22,295 nt of DNA from a virus. Lineage: Duplodnaviria > Heunggongvirae > Uroviricota > Caudoviricetes. Each line of letters begins with the position of its first letter. Position 1 is the first letter of the stretch. The stretch lies in IMG/VR virus record IMGVR_UViG_2579779049_000014, positions 1 to 22,295 of that record, one strand, 5' to 3'. Both the position numbers and the translations under genes were made by a program. Under the pieces are notes generated by a model, which was not told the DNA's origin, made no database searches, and worked only from the letters and a program-made list of their open reading frames with translations. Below are positions 6,548 to 14,900 of this stretch, piece after piece.

Positions 6548-7131
6548 GCAACGTAATTTTTACTTATAACGAAGAAGCAGCACTGACCGCAGGGCAAGGT
6601 GGTTTTATTAACGAAACTGGCGCTCACATAATTACCATTACTGAAGCAGAACTCAAGCAATCAGAAAAAGGAGCCAAATTTATTGAGTTTTCTGGAGAAT
6701 CCGACGACGGACGTAAAATCCAGTATCTTAGCGTCTGTGTTCAGAAAAATGACGGCACGGAAAACAAATTTGGCGCAAATGTCGTTCACGCCATGATGGG
6801 GTGTGCCGGGATTGGACAATTAACGCAACATATGGTTTCCGCCAGTAAATTTGTTGCACCTGAATTTCATGGAAAGAAAATCGGGTTAGTGCTCCAGAAA
6901 GTATTAACCACAAACAAAAAGACTGGCGCAGACAGCTACCAGATGGAAATACGCATCCCGTTTATTGCACAAACAGGTCAAACCCTTAAAGAAAAGGCAG
7001 AAGGCAAGCAACCAGAAACTATCGCCAACATGGTTGCCAGCCTCAAAGATAAAGACAATCGCTCTAAAAACGTAAGCCATAATCATGCAGATGATTATGG
7101 TTACAGCCAGAACGATTACCCTCCTTTCTGA
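6544..7131 (+). CDS. Putative ssDNA-binding partner protein (SSB-like C-terminal tail)
   Basis: Start overlaps the upstream stop (ATGA); the acidic/aromatic C-terminus …HADDYGYSQNDYPPF resembles SSB tails that end in PF; sits next to the Sak4-like ATPase. Confidence 0.4.
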   Translation: MSNVIFTYNEEAALTAGQGGFINETGAHIITITEAELKQSEKGAKFIEFSGESDDGRKIQYLSVCVQKNDGTENKFGANVVHAMMGCAGIGQLTQHMVSASKFVAPEFHGKKIGLVLQKVLTTNKKTGADSYQMEIRIPFIAQTGQTLKEKAEGKQPETIANMVASLKDKDNRSKNVSHNHADDYGYSQNDYPPF

Positions 7132-7154
7132 TTACTGAAAATAAGGCTCCCATT

Positions 7155-7451
7155 ATGCCAGCGCCTCTGTATGGTGCGGATGACCCGCGCAACTGCTCCG
7201 GTAGCTCCAAGGCGGAGGTGCTGGAAAATATCAAAAACAATTTCGACGCGTTTCTTGCTCTGACACCAGAAACAAAAGCAGAACGGATGTACCGACGCGA
7301 TATACAACTCGCGCTAAAACAGGAGAAGGACCGAACAAACGAAACAGCAATGAGACCGTTGCGAAAAGCGACAATAGACAAATTCCCTGAATATATCGAC
7401 CCGCGCCTGCGTAATTACCGCTCACGCTATGGCGCTATCAGTAATGACTGA
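7155..7451 (+). CDS. Hypothetical protein
   Basis: 98-aa ORF on the operon strand; weak Shine-Dalgarno. Confidence 0.45.
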   Translation: MPAPLYGADDPRNCSGSSKAEVLENIKNNFDAFLALTPETKAERMYRRDIQLALKQEKDRTNETAMRPLRKATIDKFPEYIDPRLRNYRSRYGAISND

Positions 7452-7461
7452 GGAATTTACC

Positions 7462-7629
7462 ATGAGAGGACTTGCATACAATCCCGGCATTCTTCCGGCA
7501 GAAATGATTATTCGCCAACGCGTAAAGCCAATGCCCTCGAGAGAGGAATTGCTTAAGAGAAAGAGTTTCGGTTCTGTTAATGACAACAAATATCTGAATG
7601 CGATGTTGCGCAAAGGAGGCAACCAGTGA
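7462..7629 (+). CDS. Small protein sharing the C-terminal RKGGNQ junction module
   Basis: ATG at 7462 with GAGGAA upstream; ends …MLRKGGNQ, with its stop overlapping the GTG start of the next gene. Confidence 0.4.
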   Translation: MRGLAYNPGILPAEMIIRQRVKPMPSREELLKRKSFGSVNDNKYLNAMLRKGGNQ

Positions 7630-8255
7630 GCAAAATTGACTATCAGGCACTGCGTGAGGCGGCAGTAGCAATTGAAACAGTAGCAACGCCTCAAAAATTG
7701 CTGGCATTTCGTATGAAAGTCACACCTCAGGTTGTGCTGGCGCTACTGGATGAACGAGATGCATTAAACGAACGCATAGCCGAACTGGAGGCTAATTTAG
7801 CGGAGCTGGCCGAAGACCAACAGAAAGCGATTGAGTCAATTAAGCAGGCTGATGCGGCTGTTAAGTTGGCACACGAGAAGTTTTCGGTGCTGGCGGCAGA
7901 GAATGCGGAGCTTAAACAGTCGGAGAAGGAATTTAATAACTTCTGTCGTCAGGAGTACTACGGTTGGGAGGACAACTTCACGGAAACCCCAGCCACCGAC
8001 GCTTTCCTGGCTGAAATTCGTGCGGCGGCTCGCAACGAGGGTATTAACTATACCGCAAGCCGTCTTGCTGCTGCTTTCAATCACGGATTTATCAATAAGT
8101 CTTTGCGTGAAGTTTTCGACGTTACACGCATGATTTTGTCAGCGAAAGAAGAGTTGGCTAATGAAGCGCATCCGATTGATGGCCTGTCTGGTGAATATGC
8201 GGAGAAATCCCTTGAAGAATGGGCGGAACAGATTCGCAAAGGAGGAAACCAGTGA
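7626..8255 (+). CDS. Ea22-like early protein (coiled-coil), paralog 1
   Basis: GTG start at 7626 preceded by AAAGGAGG; [13 protein letters not shown]…, coiled-coil central part, ends …IRKGGNQ; lies in the lambda ea22 position. Confidence 0.55.
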   Translation: MSKIDYQALREAAVAIETVATPQKLLAFRMKVTPQVVLALLDERDALNERIAELEANLAELAEDQQKAIESIKQADAAVKLAHEKFSVLAAENAELKQSEKEFNNFCRQEYYGWEDNFTETPATDAFLAEIRAAARNEGINYTASRLAAAFNHGFINKSLREVFDVTRMILSAKEELANEAHPIDGLSGEYAEKSLEEWAEQIRKGGNQ

Positions 8256-8845
8256 GCAAGATTGACTATCAGGTACTGCGTGAAAAGGCAGAAAAAGCAA
8301 CGTGTGGTGAGTGGTCTCTCGAATATGGAGAGAGCCGATTTGATGGTGATGATGCACTAATTCATCGCGAGGCTGCTGGATATATTCCCATTTGCAGAAT
8401 TGAAGGAGCGCATCCTGAAAGCGGTTTCGATGAAGATTTCCAAATGGAACAGCAGGCCAATGCTGAATTCATCGCCGCAGCCAATCCGGCTACCGTCTTG
8501 GCGCTGCTGGATGAGCTGGAAAGAAACCAGCAATACATCAAACGCCGCGACCAGGAGAACGAGGATATTGCGCTAACGGTAGGGAAACTGCGTGTTGAGC
8601 TTGAGGAAGCAAAATCAAAACTCAACGAGCAACGCGAGTATTACGAGGGAGTAATCGCGGATGGAAGTAAGCGCATAGCAGAACTGTCTGCTAGCCACAG
8701 CAAATTGCGCGACACAATGGCTGGCATCCACAACACAATCCGAATGGATGGCGGCTATACGCCACTGGCAGCAATCCTTAACGCTGCTAAACGCGCATAT
8801 GAAGAATCAGCAAGCGCCGCTGGCATCAAGGAGGAGTCTGAGTGA
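8252..8845 (+). CDS. Ea22-like early protein, paralog 2
   Basis: GTG start at 8252 after AAAGGAGG; [13 protein letters not shown]…; the N-terminus and the upstream DNA are near-repeats of paralog 1. Confidence 0.55.
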   Translation: MSKIDYQVLREKAEKATCGEWSLEYGESRFDGDDALIHREAAGYIPICRIEGAHPESGFDEDFQMEQQANAEFIAAANPATVLALLDELERNQQYIKRRDQENEDIALTVGKLRVELEEAKSKLNEQREYYEGVIADGSKRIAELSASHSKLRDTMAGIHNTIRMDGGYTPLAAILNAAKRAYEESASAAGIKEESE

Positions 8846-9336
8846 TGGTCATTTCACCTATAACGCTGAAAGCGGCGCAGGAATTTATCGCACAGCACCA
8901 CCGACACAATAAACCACCAGTGGGGCATAAATTCAGCATTGGTCTGAGAAATAATGCCGGAGAATTGATAGGTGTGGCGACAGCTGGTCGACCTGTTGCA
9001 CGACATTTGGACGATGGATTAACGCTTGAAGTAAATCGCACATGTACCACAGGAGAACGCAACGCTAACAGCGCGCTTTATGGTGCTGTCTGGCGGGCAG
9101 CAAAAGCTATGGGTTATCAACGTTGTATTACGTACACCCAGGCAGATGAATCAGGAGCATCTCTTCGCGCAGCTGGTTTTGTTCGTGTGAAAGAGCTTCC
9201 TCCAAGAAAAAGCTGGGCGGAATCAAGCGTCGCCCTGCGGAGTAAACGCGATCCGGTCGGAAACGGTGGTATTCCTCGTGTGCTCTGGGAAATCAGGAGA
9301 ATGAGTACCGCTGGCATTCGCATCAAAGGAGAGTGA
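8845..9336 (+). CDS. Hypothetical protein, possible GNAT-like acyltransferase fold
   Basis: ATG at 8845 with AAGGAGGAG 7 nt upstream (GTG at 8842 is the alternative). Segments …GVATAGRPVARHLDDG… and …YTQADESGASLRAAGFVRV… resemble GNAT motifs; weak. Confidence 0.4.
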   Translation: MVISPITLKAAQEFIAQHHRHNKPPVGHKFSIGLRNNAGELIGVATAGRPVARHLDDGLTLEVNRTCTTGERNANSALYGAVWRAAKAMGYQRCITYTQADESGASLRAAGFVRVKELPPRKSWAESSVALRSKRDPVGNGGIPRVLWEIRRMSTAGIRIKGE

Positions 9337-9337
9337 G

Positions 9338-9529
9338 ATGAACGGACAAATCTCAATTGTTCGACCGGGAGCATGTGACGATCGCGAGATACGAATGATT
9401 ATTCGTCTGGCGATGGGGAAAACAATAACTGCTCTCATTACTCCAGAAAATCTCGCATTAGCATTAACCGGAAAGTCAGACCTGCCAGTAGAGCTAAAGC
9501 TGCGAAATGTTGAGATTAAGGTGAAATAG
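9338..9529 (+). CDS. Hypothetical small protein
   Basis: 63 aa; AAGGAG upstream; tightly coupled to its neighbours. Confidence 0.45.
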   Translation: MNGQISIVRPGACDDREIRMIIRLAMGKTITALITPENLALALTGKSDLPVELKLRNVEIKVK

Positions 9530-9531
9530 CT

Positions 9532-10143
9532 ATGACCACTATTACCGACAAAGAGCTAATTAAAGAAATTAAAGAACATATCAGCAGTCTGGGGGTGCGG
9601 GACAATATTGAGCGCCGTGCTTATGAAATTGCGTTGACTGCATTGACCGCTGAACCATTCGCCACTATCGACACCGCGGGAATTGAGCTCGTTAAATATG
9701 GTTGTAACACGTTTATTAGTCCCGACAATTCGATGGATCCGGGAAATGTACCGCTATATATCGGCCTGCCACGAATTGAGCCAGCAAGCCAGACTGCCAA
9801 GCTGTCATTCCAGGAATGGTTGTCAGAACAAAAAGAAAAAATAGACGTTGATTGCGGATGTGTGAGCACTGAAACGCTTATGCACTGGATGCGTGTGGCG
9901 TATGAGGCTGGCAACTCTCCGGTAATTCCGGATGGTTGGATAAGCTGTAGTGAGCGAATGCCAGAAATTAGACAAACAGTTATTGGATGGAATGAATATG
10001 CAGTTAGACAATGCGTATATACAAGGAATGAATATGCCAAGACACAGAAAGGCAGAGAGCCAAGGTTTGAAACCTTAACTGGTATATGGCATGGAGTAAC
10101 CCACTGGATGCCGCTACCAGAACCGCCGCAGGAGGTGAACTGA
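9532..10143 (+). CDS. DUF551 domain protein
   Basis: C-terminal …WHGVTHWMPLPEPPQ matches the DUF551 signature common in enterobacterial prophage early regions. Confidence 0.6.
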   Translation: MTTITDKELIKEIKEHISSLGVRDNIERRAYEIALTALTAEPFATIDTAGIELVKYGCNTFISPDNSMDPGNVPLYIGLPRIEPASQTAKLSFQEWLSEQKEKIDVDCGCVSTETLMHWMRVAYEAGNSPVIPDGWISCSERMPEIRQTVIGWNEYAVRQCVYTRNEYAKTQKGREPRFETLTGIWHGVTHWMPLPEPPQEVN

Positions 10144-10538
10144 TGGAAAATGAAGGCGATAATATCATCACACTGGTGCAGCCAAAGCGCGATGAAGAGA
10201 AGCTGCTGAACATTACAGTAACTGGCAGAAAAAACTACACACAACAGAGCTGTAAGCATCGGGCCATTGAGGTTCATGAACAGGATCACGTTATCCTGTG
10301 CTTGCAGTGCGGATGTGTTGTGGACCCTTTTCAGTATGTTCTGCGGTGTGCGAACGATGGTGAGGCTGTGGTGAGAGAGATTAGACAGCTTCATAACAGA
10401 CACGATCAGCTCCGAGAATCTGTTGCCAGCCTCGAGCGTGAAGAAAAGAACACCAAAGCACGGTTGCGGGCAGCAAGAACTGCAATACTGTATGCGGAAA
10501 ATGACCTTAAAAATATTGAGCAGAAGGTGAATCAATGA
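10143..10538 (+). CDS. Hypothetical protein with a Cys/His cluster and C-terminal coiled coil
   Basis: ATG at 10143 overlaps the upstream stop (TGATG); GGAGGTG upstream; C-x4-H … H-x4-CLQCGC may bind zinc. Confidence 0.5.
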   Translation: MENEGDNIITLVQPKRDEEKLLNITVTGRKNYTQQSCKHRAIEVHEQDHVILCLQCGCVVDPFQYVLRCANDGEAVVREIRQLHNRHDQLRESVASLEREEKNTKARLRAARTAILYAENDLKNIEQKVNQ

Positions 10539-10618
10539 CCTGGCCTGAAGCATTCGCAAATGTAGGAACAGTAATGGCGGTGGTGCTGGTTGTGTATTCG
10601 ATTTGTCGCTGGAGATAA
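10535..10618 (+). CDS. Possible 27-aa hydrophobic peptide
   Basis: ATG at 10535 with AAGGTGA upstream; MTWPEAFANVGTVMAVVLVVYSICRWR, one predicted transmembrane helix. Confidence 0.25.
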   Translation: MTWPEAFANVGTVMAVVLVVYSICRWR

Positions 10619-10744
10619 AAACGGTTTGCGGGAAAAGGAGAGTTAAGTAGAATTGCTGCGGGTGCTTGAGGCTATCTGCCTCGGGCATGAACACCAACGG
10701 CAGATAGAGAAAAGCCCCAGTTAACATTACGCGTCCGGCAAGAC

Positions 10745-10815
10745 GCTTAACATTAATCTGAGGCTCAATCCATGCTGAACACATGTAGGTTAGCCTCTTA
10801 CGTGCCGAAAGGCAA
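10745..10815 (-). ncRNA. sok: Predicted Sok-type antisense RNA (boundaries approximate)
   Basis: Inferred from hok/mok family architecture, where the antisense RNA is complementary to the mok translation-initiation region; promoter and terminator were not resolved. Confidence 0.3.
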
Positions 10816-10984
10816 GGAGAAGCAGGCTATGAAGCAGCAAAAGGCGATGTTAATCGCCCTGATCGTCATCTGTTTAACCGTCATAGTGACGGCACTGGTA
10901 ACGAGGAAAGACCTCTGCGAGGTGCGAATCCGAACCGGTCAGACGGAGGTCGCTGTCTTCGTAGACTACGAATCTGAGAAGTAA
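10772..10984 (+). CDS. mok: mok-type coupling reading frame, in-frame N-terminal extension of hok
   Basis: The 70-aa track ORF beginning MLNTCRLASYVPKGKEKQA continues in frame into the Hok sequence. Confidence 0.45.
   Translation: MLNTCRLASYVPKGKEKQAMKQQKAMLIALIVICLTVIVTALVTRKDLCEVRIRTGQTEVAVFVDYESEK
10829..10984 (+). CDS. hok: Hok/Gef family type I toxin (small membrane toxin)
   Basis: MKQQKAMLIALIVICLTVIVTALVTRKDLCEVRIRTGQTEVAVFVDYESEK fits the Hok/Gef signature (hydrophobic helix, TRKxLCE, EVA.F) and is closest to HokC/HokD; AAGGAG upstream. Confidence 0.85.
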   Translation: MKQQKAMLIALIVICLTVIVTALVTRKDLCEVRIRTGQTEVAVFVDYESEK

Positions 10985-11103
10985 GAGACCAGGCGGGGGA
11001 GTAATCTCCCGCCACCTCTGATGTGTCAGGCATCCTCAACGCACCCGCGCTTTACCATACTGAAAATGCTGTTTGAATGTTCATCTCTGAAAGAGGACTA
11101 TGA

Positions 11104-11448
11104 ATGAAAAAGGTATTGATTGCAGCACTTATTTCTGGTGTGTCTTTTGGCGCTTTTGCACAGCAGGGCGGTTTCCAAGGGCCTGAAGCAGAGCGTTCAA
11201 CAGTAGCGCAGGCAAAAGAACTGAAGGATGATGCATGGGTTATCCTTGAAGGGAGCATCGTTAAAAAAGTGGGTGATGAACGTTATGAGTTTCGTGACAA
11301 TAGCGGGACAATTGTCACGGATATCGATGACAGCATATGGGCCGGTCAGAATGTTTCTCCGAAAGACAAAGTAAGAATTGAGGGTGAAATTGATAAAGAC
11401 CTGAGCAGTGTTGAAGTGGATGTAAAGGCACTGAAATTATTAAAGTAA
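11104..11448 (+). CDS. YgiW/YdeI-family (BOF) periplasmic OB-fold protein
   Basis: Signal peptide MKKVLIAALISGVSFGAFA, then the family pattern …ERYEFRDNSGTIVTDIDDSIWAGQNVSPKDKVRIEGEIDKD…; AAGAGG upstream. Confidence 0.7.
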   Translation: MKKVLIAALISGVSFGAFAQQGGFQGPEAERSTVAQAKELKDDAWVILEGSIVKKVGDERYEFRDNSGTIVTDIDDSIWAGQNVSPKDKVRIEGEIDKDLSSVEVDVKALKLLK

Positions 11449-11465
11449 CCGTCCCAGCTTGCTAA

Positions 11466-11492
11466 GCCCGTCTTACTGACGGGTTTTCTGTT
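11466..11492 (+). terminator. Rho-independent terminator
   Basis: CCCGTC-TTACTG-ACGGG followed by TTTTCTGTTTGTT. Confidence 0.65.
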
Positions 11493-11527
11493 TGTTATCA
11501 CAGTATTTTTCAACAAAACACCGAATC

Positions 11528-11900
11528 TTATCCGGTGCGCTGTAAAACCCCGTCCTTCAGGGCGTGGAGGATGTCAAATGGCGTATATTTGGATATAAGA
11601 AAGCCATCCAATACTGGCTGAAAAAACTCCTCATCGATATCATCGTGGGCCTGAATAGTTCCATCCGCAATTCTGATTGCCGGTATTGTTCCCCGGCGAT
11701 AAGGGGTGAACATCATCCCGGTTACATCAGATCGCCTAATAACATATCAAGATTATTTTGCTCATAAATGCTATTCGCCATTACCGTTGCTGCTTCAGCT
11801 TAATGAAACGCATAGATCCGCCATGCTTTTTCAGCAAATACGCTGCCATTTGCGCAACTTTTTCTTCATTAAACATAAATCGGCTCTCTGTATCACATGA
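11528..11900 (-). pseudogene. Fragmented minus-strand reading frames, possibly a frameshifted gene remnant
   Basis: A 31-codon ORF (MFNEEKVAQMAAYLLKKHGGSMRFIKLKQQR) is followed in other frames by short ORFs and the 62-aa track ORF at 11528..11716; no intact gene spans the region. Confidence 0.25.
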
Positions 11901-11968
11901 AATGCTCTTCTGACTATATGTTAATAGCTCCGGTTATTACAGGTCAATGAGTGTTTATTTCTTAATCA

Positions 11969-11992
11969 GCCCCGCACTTCCGTACGGGGCCA
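11969..11992. terminator. Hairpin at the 3' end of the giant gene
   Basis: GCCCCG-CACTTCCGTA-CGGGGC inverted repeat in the convergence zone; no strong T-run on either strand. Confidence 0.3.
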
Positions 11993-11998
11993 TTTCTG

Positions 11999-14900
11999 TT
12001 AATCCACTCCCACTTTTTTGTTGTACTCGCGGTTAAACCGATCCACGGCAATTTTCATATCCCGCTCTACCGATTTCACCATCGCCGACTGTTGCGCCAG
12101 ACTGAGAGTACTGTCGGCGTAAATGGCATCACGCTGTTTACGCAAATCCTTCAGTCTCTTCCGGGTATCCTGCATAAGCCCGTTCATCGACAATTTTCCG
12201 TTGTTCTCGTCAATGAACGCCGTTCTTTCTGCACCGGTCAGACTCTTCAGCTCTGCGTGATACTGCGCAATCTCTGTCATCCGGTCGTACATCTTCTGCT
12301 GGTCTGCATACGGCATCACCTCACCTGAAATTTTCCCCAGGAAGGGCACCTGCTGCTCCGGTATATCAATACCATTCAGCGATTTCACCGCCGCATCCGT
12401 GGTTTTGGAAATGAAGCGCCCTGTCCCTCCGGAGATATAGTCCACCCAGTATTTCAGCGATTCCGGTGTGATATCCACCGCGCCGGGACGGTACTGGCTG
12501 CCACCAGAGAACGCATTCAGCCAGGATGCAAACGCCTTGTACGCTTCTGGCGTTGAACGTCTTCCCAGCTGGCTGTCAGGTTTTGGTGTACCAAACGGCA
12601 TGTTCTCCTGGTAAATCTGCGCCCCCATGAAGTTTTCATTCATGGCAAGGTTCGCAAACGGACGCAGAATGGTCGGCGCTGCATTTTTCAGCAATGCCCC
12701 GGACAGTGTTTCCGACGTCTCACTGCCCACAGGACTGAATGCCCCAAGCACACCACCAACAACATTACCGGCAGCACGTGAAGCGGTCAGGTCGCCCGCT
12801 GCCACCCCTTCGGCTGTGTGACCAAGCAGGAAGAAAACGTTGTACCCGTAAGGCAGAGGAATACTCCAGTACTCTCCGGCCTTGCCCCCGAACACCGATT
12901 TCATAATGACGAGGTTACGCTCTTTCACATGAGACGGCACCTTGTCATACCAGTTAACCCCGTCATCATCCTCCCCCGCAACACTGCGGTTAAGCGAGCC
13001 AAGCAGATAACCCGCTCCCACAGCTGCAAGCGCGATTTTCTGCGGTACATTGAGATTCTTCCAGCGAAGGCGCTCCAGTAACGGCCCGTCGCCATTAAGA
13101 TGTCCGAGCGTTCTCACCAGGTTTGCGGTCCCCTGAATGCTGGCGTTGGCGAACATGTACAGCGAGTTCATCAGCGCTCCCTGCTCACCACGACGGTTAA
13201 AGTTCACCGTCATGTTTTTGGCAAGAGACGCCGCCTGCTGGCGTGACAAACCGGCATCACGGGCGTGTTTATAGGCAGAAAGACGCAGAGCGTTTTCAAC
13301 CGCCCCGTTGGCATCCTCGACAAGGTTAAGGAACGAATTCCATGCACCGATACTCTGGCCTTTCCATCCTCCCTTCGCCAGCGATACAAGGCGATCCATT
13401 TCCTTCTGCTGGCCTTCAAGGTCACCCATGTTAAACCAGCCGGTTTTACCTCCGTCCTCAACAAACTCTTTCCACACCTTCTGCCACTGTGCACCTTTTC
13501 CCGTGAGGGTTTTACCACGCAGACTGGCGTATACGGCTGACATGGCAGAACGGCTGTCTTTCACCACAGCCAGGGCGGATAAGTTATCCAGCCCTTTCAG
13601 TTTACCGTCGCTCCTTCCCTGCTCCGCCTTCAGGTTCATCACCGCCGTCTGCACGTCACGGATGAAGTTACTGACCAGGAATTCCGGGTTATACGACGTG
13701 TTCACCGTTGCCAGGAAGCGGTTAACTTTCCCCAGCGTACGAACAAAGGCATTGCTGGTTTCCGGTCCCATATTCTTCATCGCACGCATCAGGCGCGGAT
13801 CATGGAGTTTGATGTAGTACGTTTTGCCGTTCTTTTTGGTGGTGAAGTACCGGTCTGCCATCATTGCCATCGGTACAGGGCGTTCGACAACTTCGCGAAT
13901 GGTTTCACCAGTTTCCTGGTCCTTGCGCTCTGCAATCGTCCGCATGGTATCCGGTCTGTCATCGGTGAATACCTGCCAGTAATCCTTGTCGGGATTATCC
14001 TGCACCAGTTTCAGGAAGGCGTTACCCACTTCGTTTTTGCGATGGCGGATCAGCGATTCGCTCAGGTCCTGTATCGCCTGAGTGGACGGAGACTGTGCAC
14101 GGGATGCACGCCCCATGGCCTGCCTGCTTTCACGTCCGCCGATGGTGAAGCCCTTACCTGTACGGGGAAGTGACACCACACCGTCAACATCCTGACCTTT
14201 CAGGGGAACGTAGTAACGGTAAGCTTTCTGCCAGGCATCCACAACACCGCTCTCTTCCAGTCCGGCTTCACGGATAAGCTCACGGCGACGGGCCAGCATA
14301 TCGTCAACAATCCCTGCCAGACGGTCATACTGTGCCTGTTTGCCGCTGTTACGCACACGCTGCATGATTTCCGCCGCTTCCGCGTTGGTCATCCCCGAAC
14401 CGCCGTCCGGCATTTTCGGGTTGATTTTCGCGATATGCGCGTTACGTTCCGGCGCGTGACGGGCGTAGAGGTACTCATCCAGATCGGCCTGCGCAATTTT
14501 GTAGTCCGCCAGTAATTTAGCCAGTGGCTGAACGTAGCGCTCCTTCATCACGTTCAGGTCGTTTTCCGCCTTCCCGTGGAAGAGTTCTTCCGCCATATAA
14601 GCGTTGTTACTGTCGTCCACTTTGCCGCCAGTTTTACGGATATTCTCCTGAACAGCTTTCAGCACCTGGAATTTATCCTGCATCTGGCGCACAAAACGCG
14701 ATGCAATTGTCTCTTCCGGTGTCAGACTGCTGGTACGGGAGTAATACGGCCCCTTGCGAATATCTTCAGGATAGAGTATTTTATCCGCAGAGCCGCGATA
14801 AGAATGTTCCCCTTTGGGCAATTGGAGCCCTCTGTGCAGAAGGTTATCGCGGCTTAATTTTTCTCTCCGGTACAACGTTAACCCGGTCATTTCCATACTC

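Noticed and set aside
9621-10784. 387-aa minus-strand ORF
   Set aside because: It runs antisense across three well-supported, translationally coupled plus-strand genes and the hok leader, has no ribosome-binding site and a low-complexity translation; judged a non-coding by-product.
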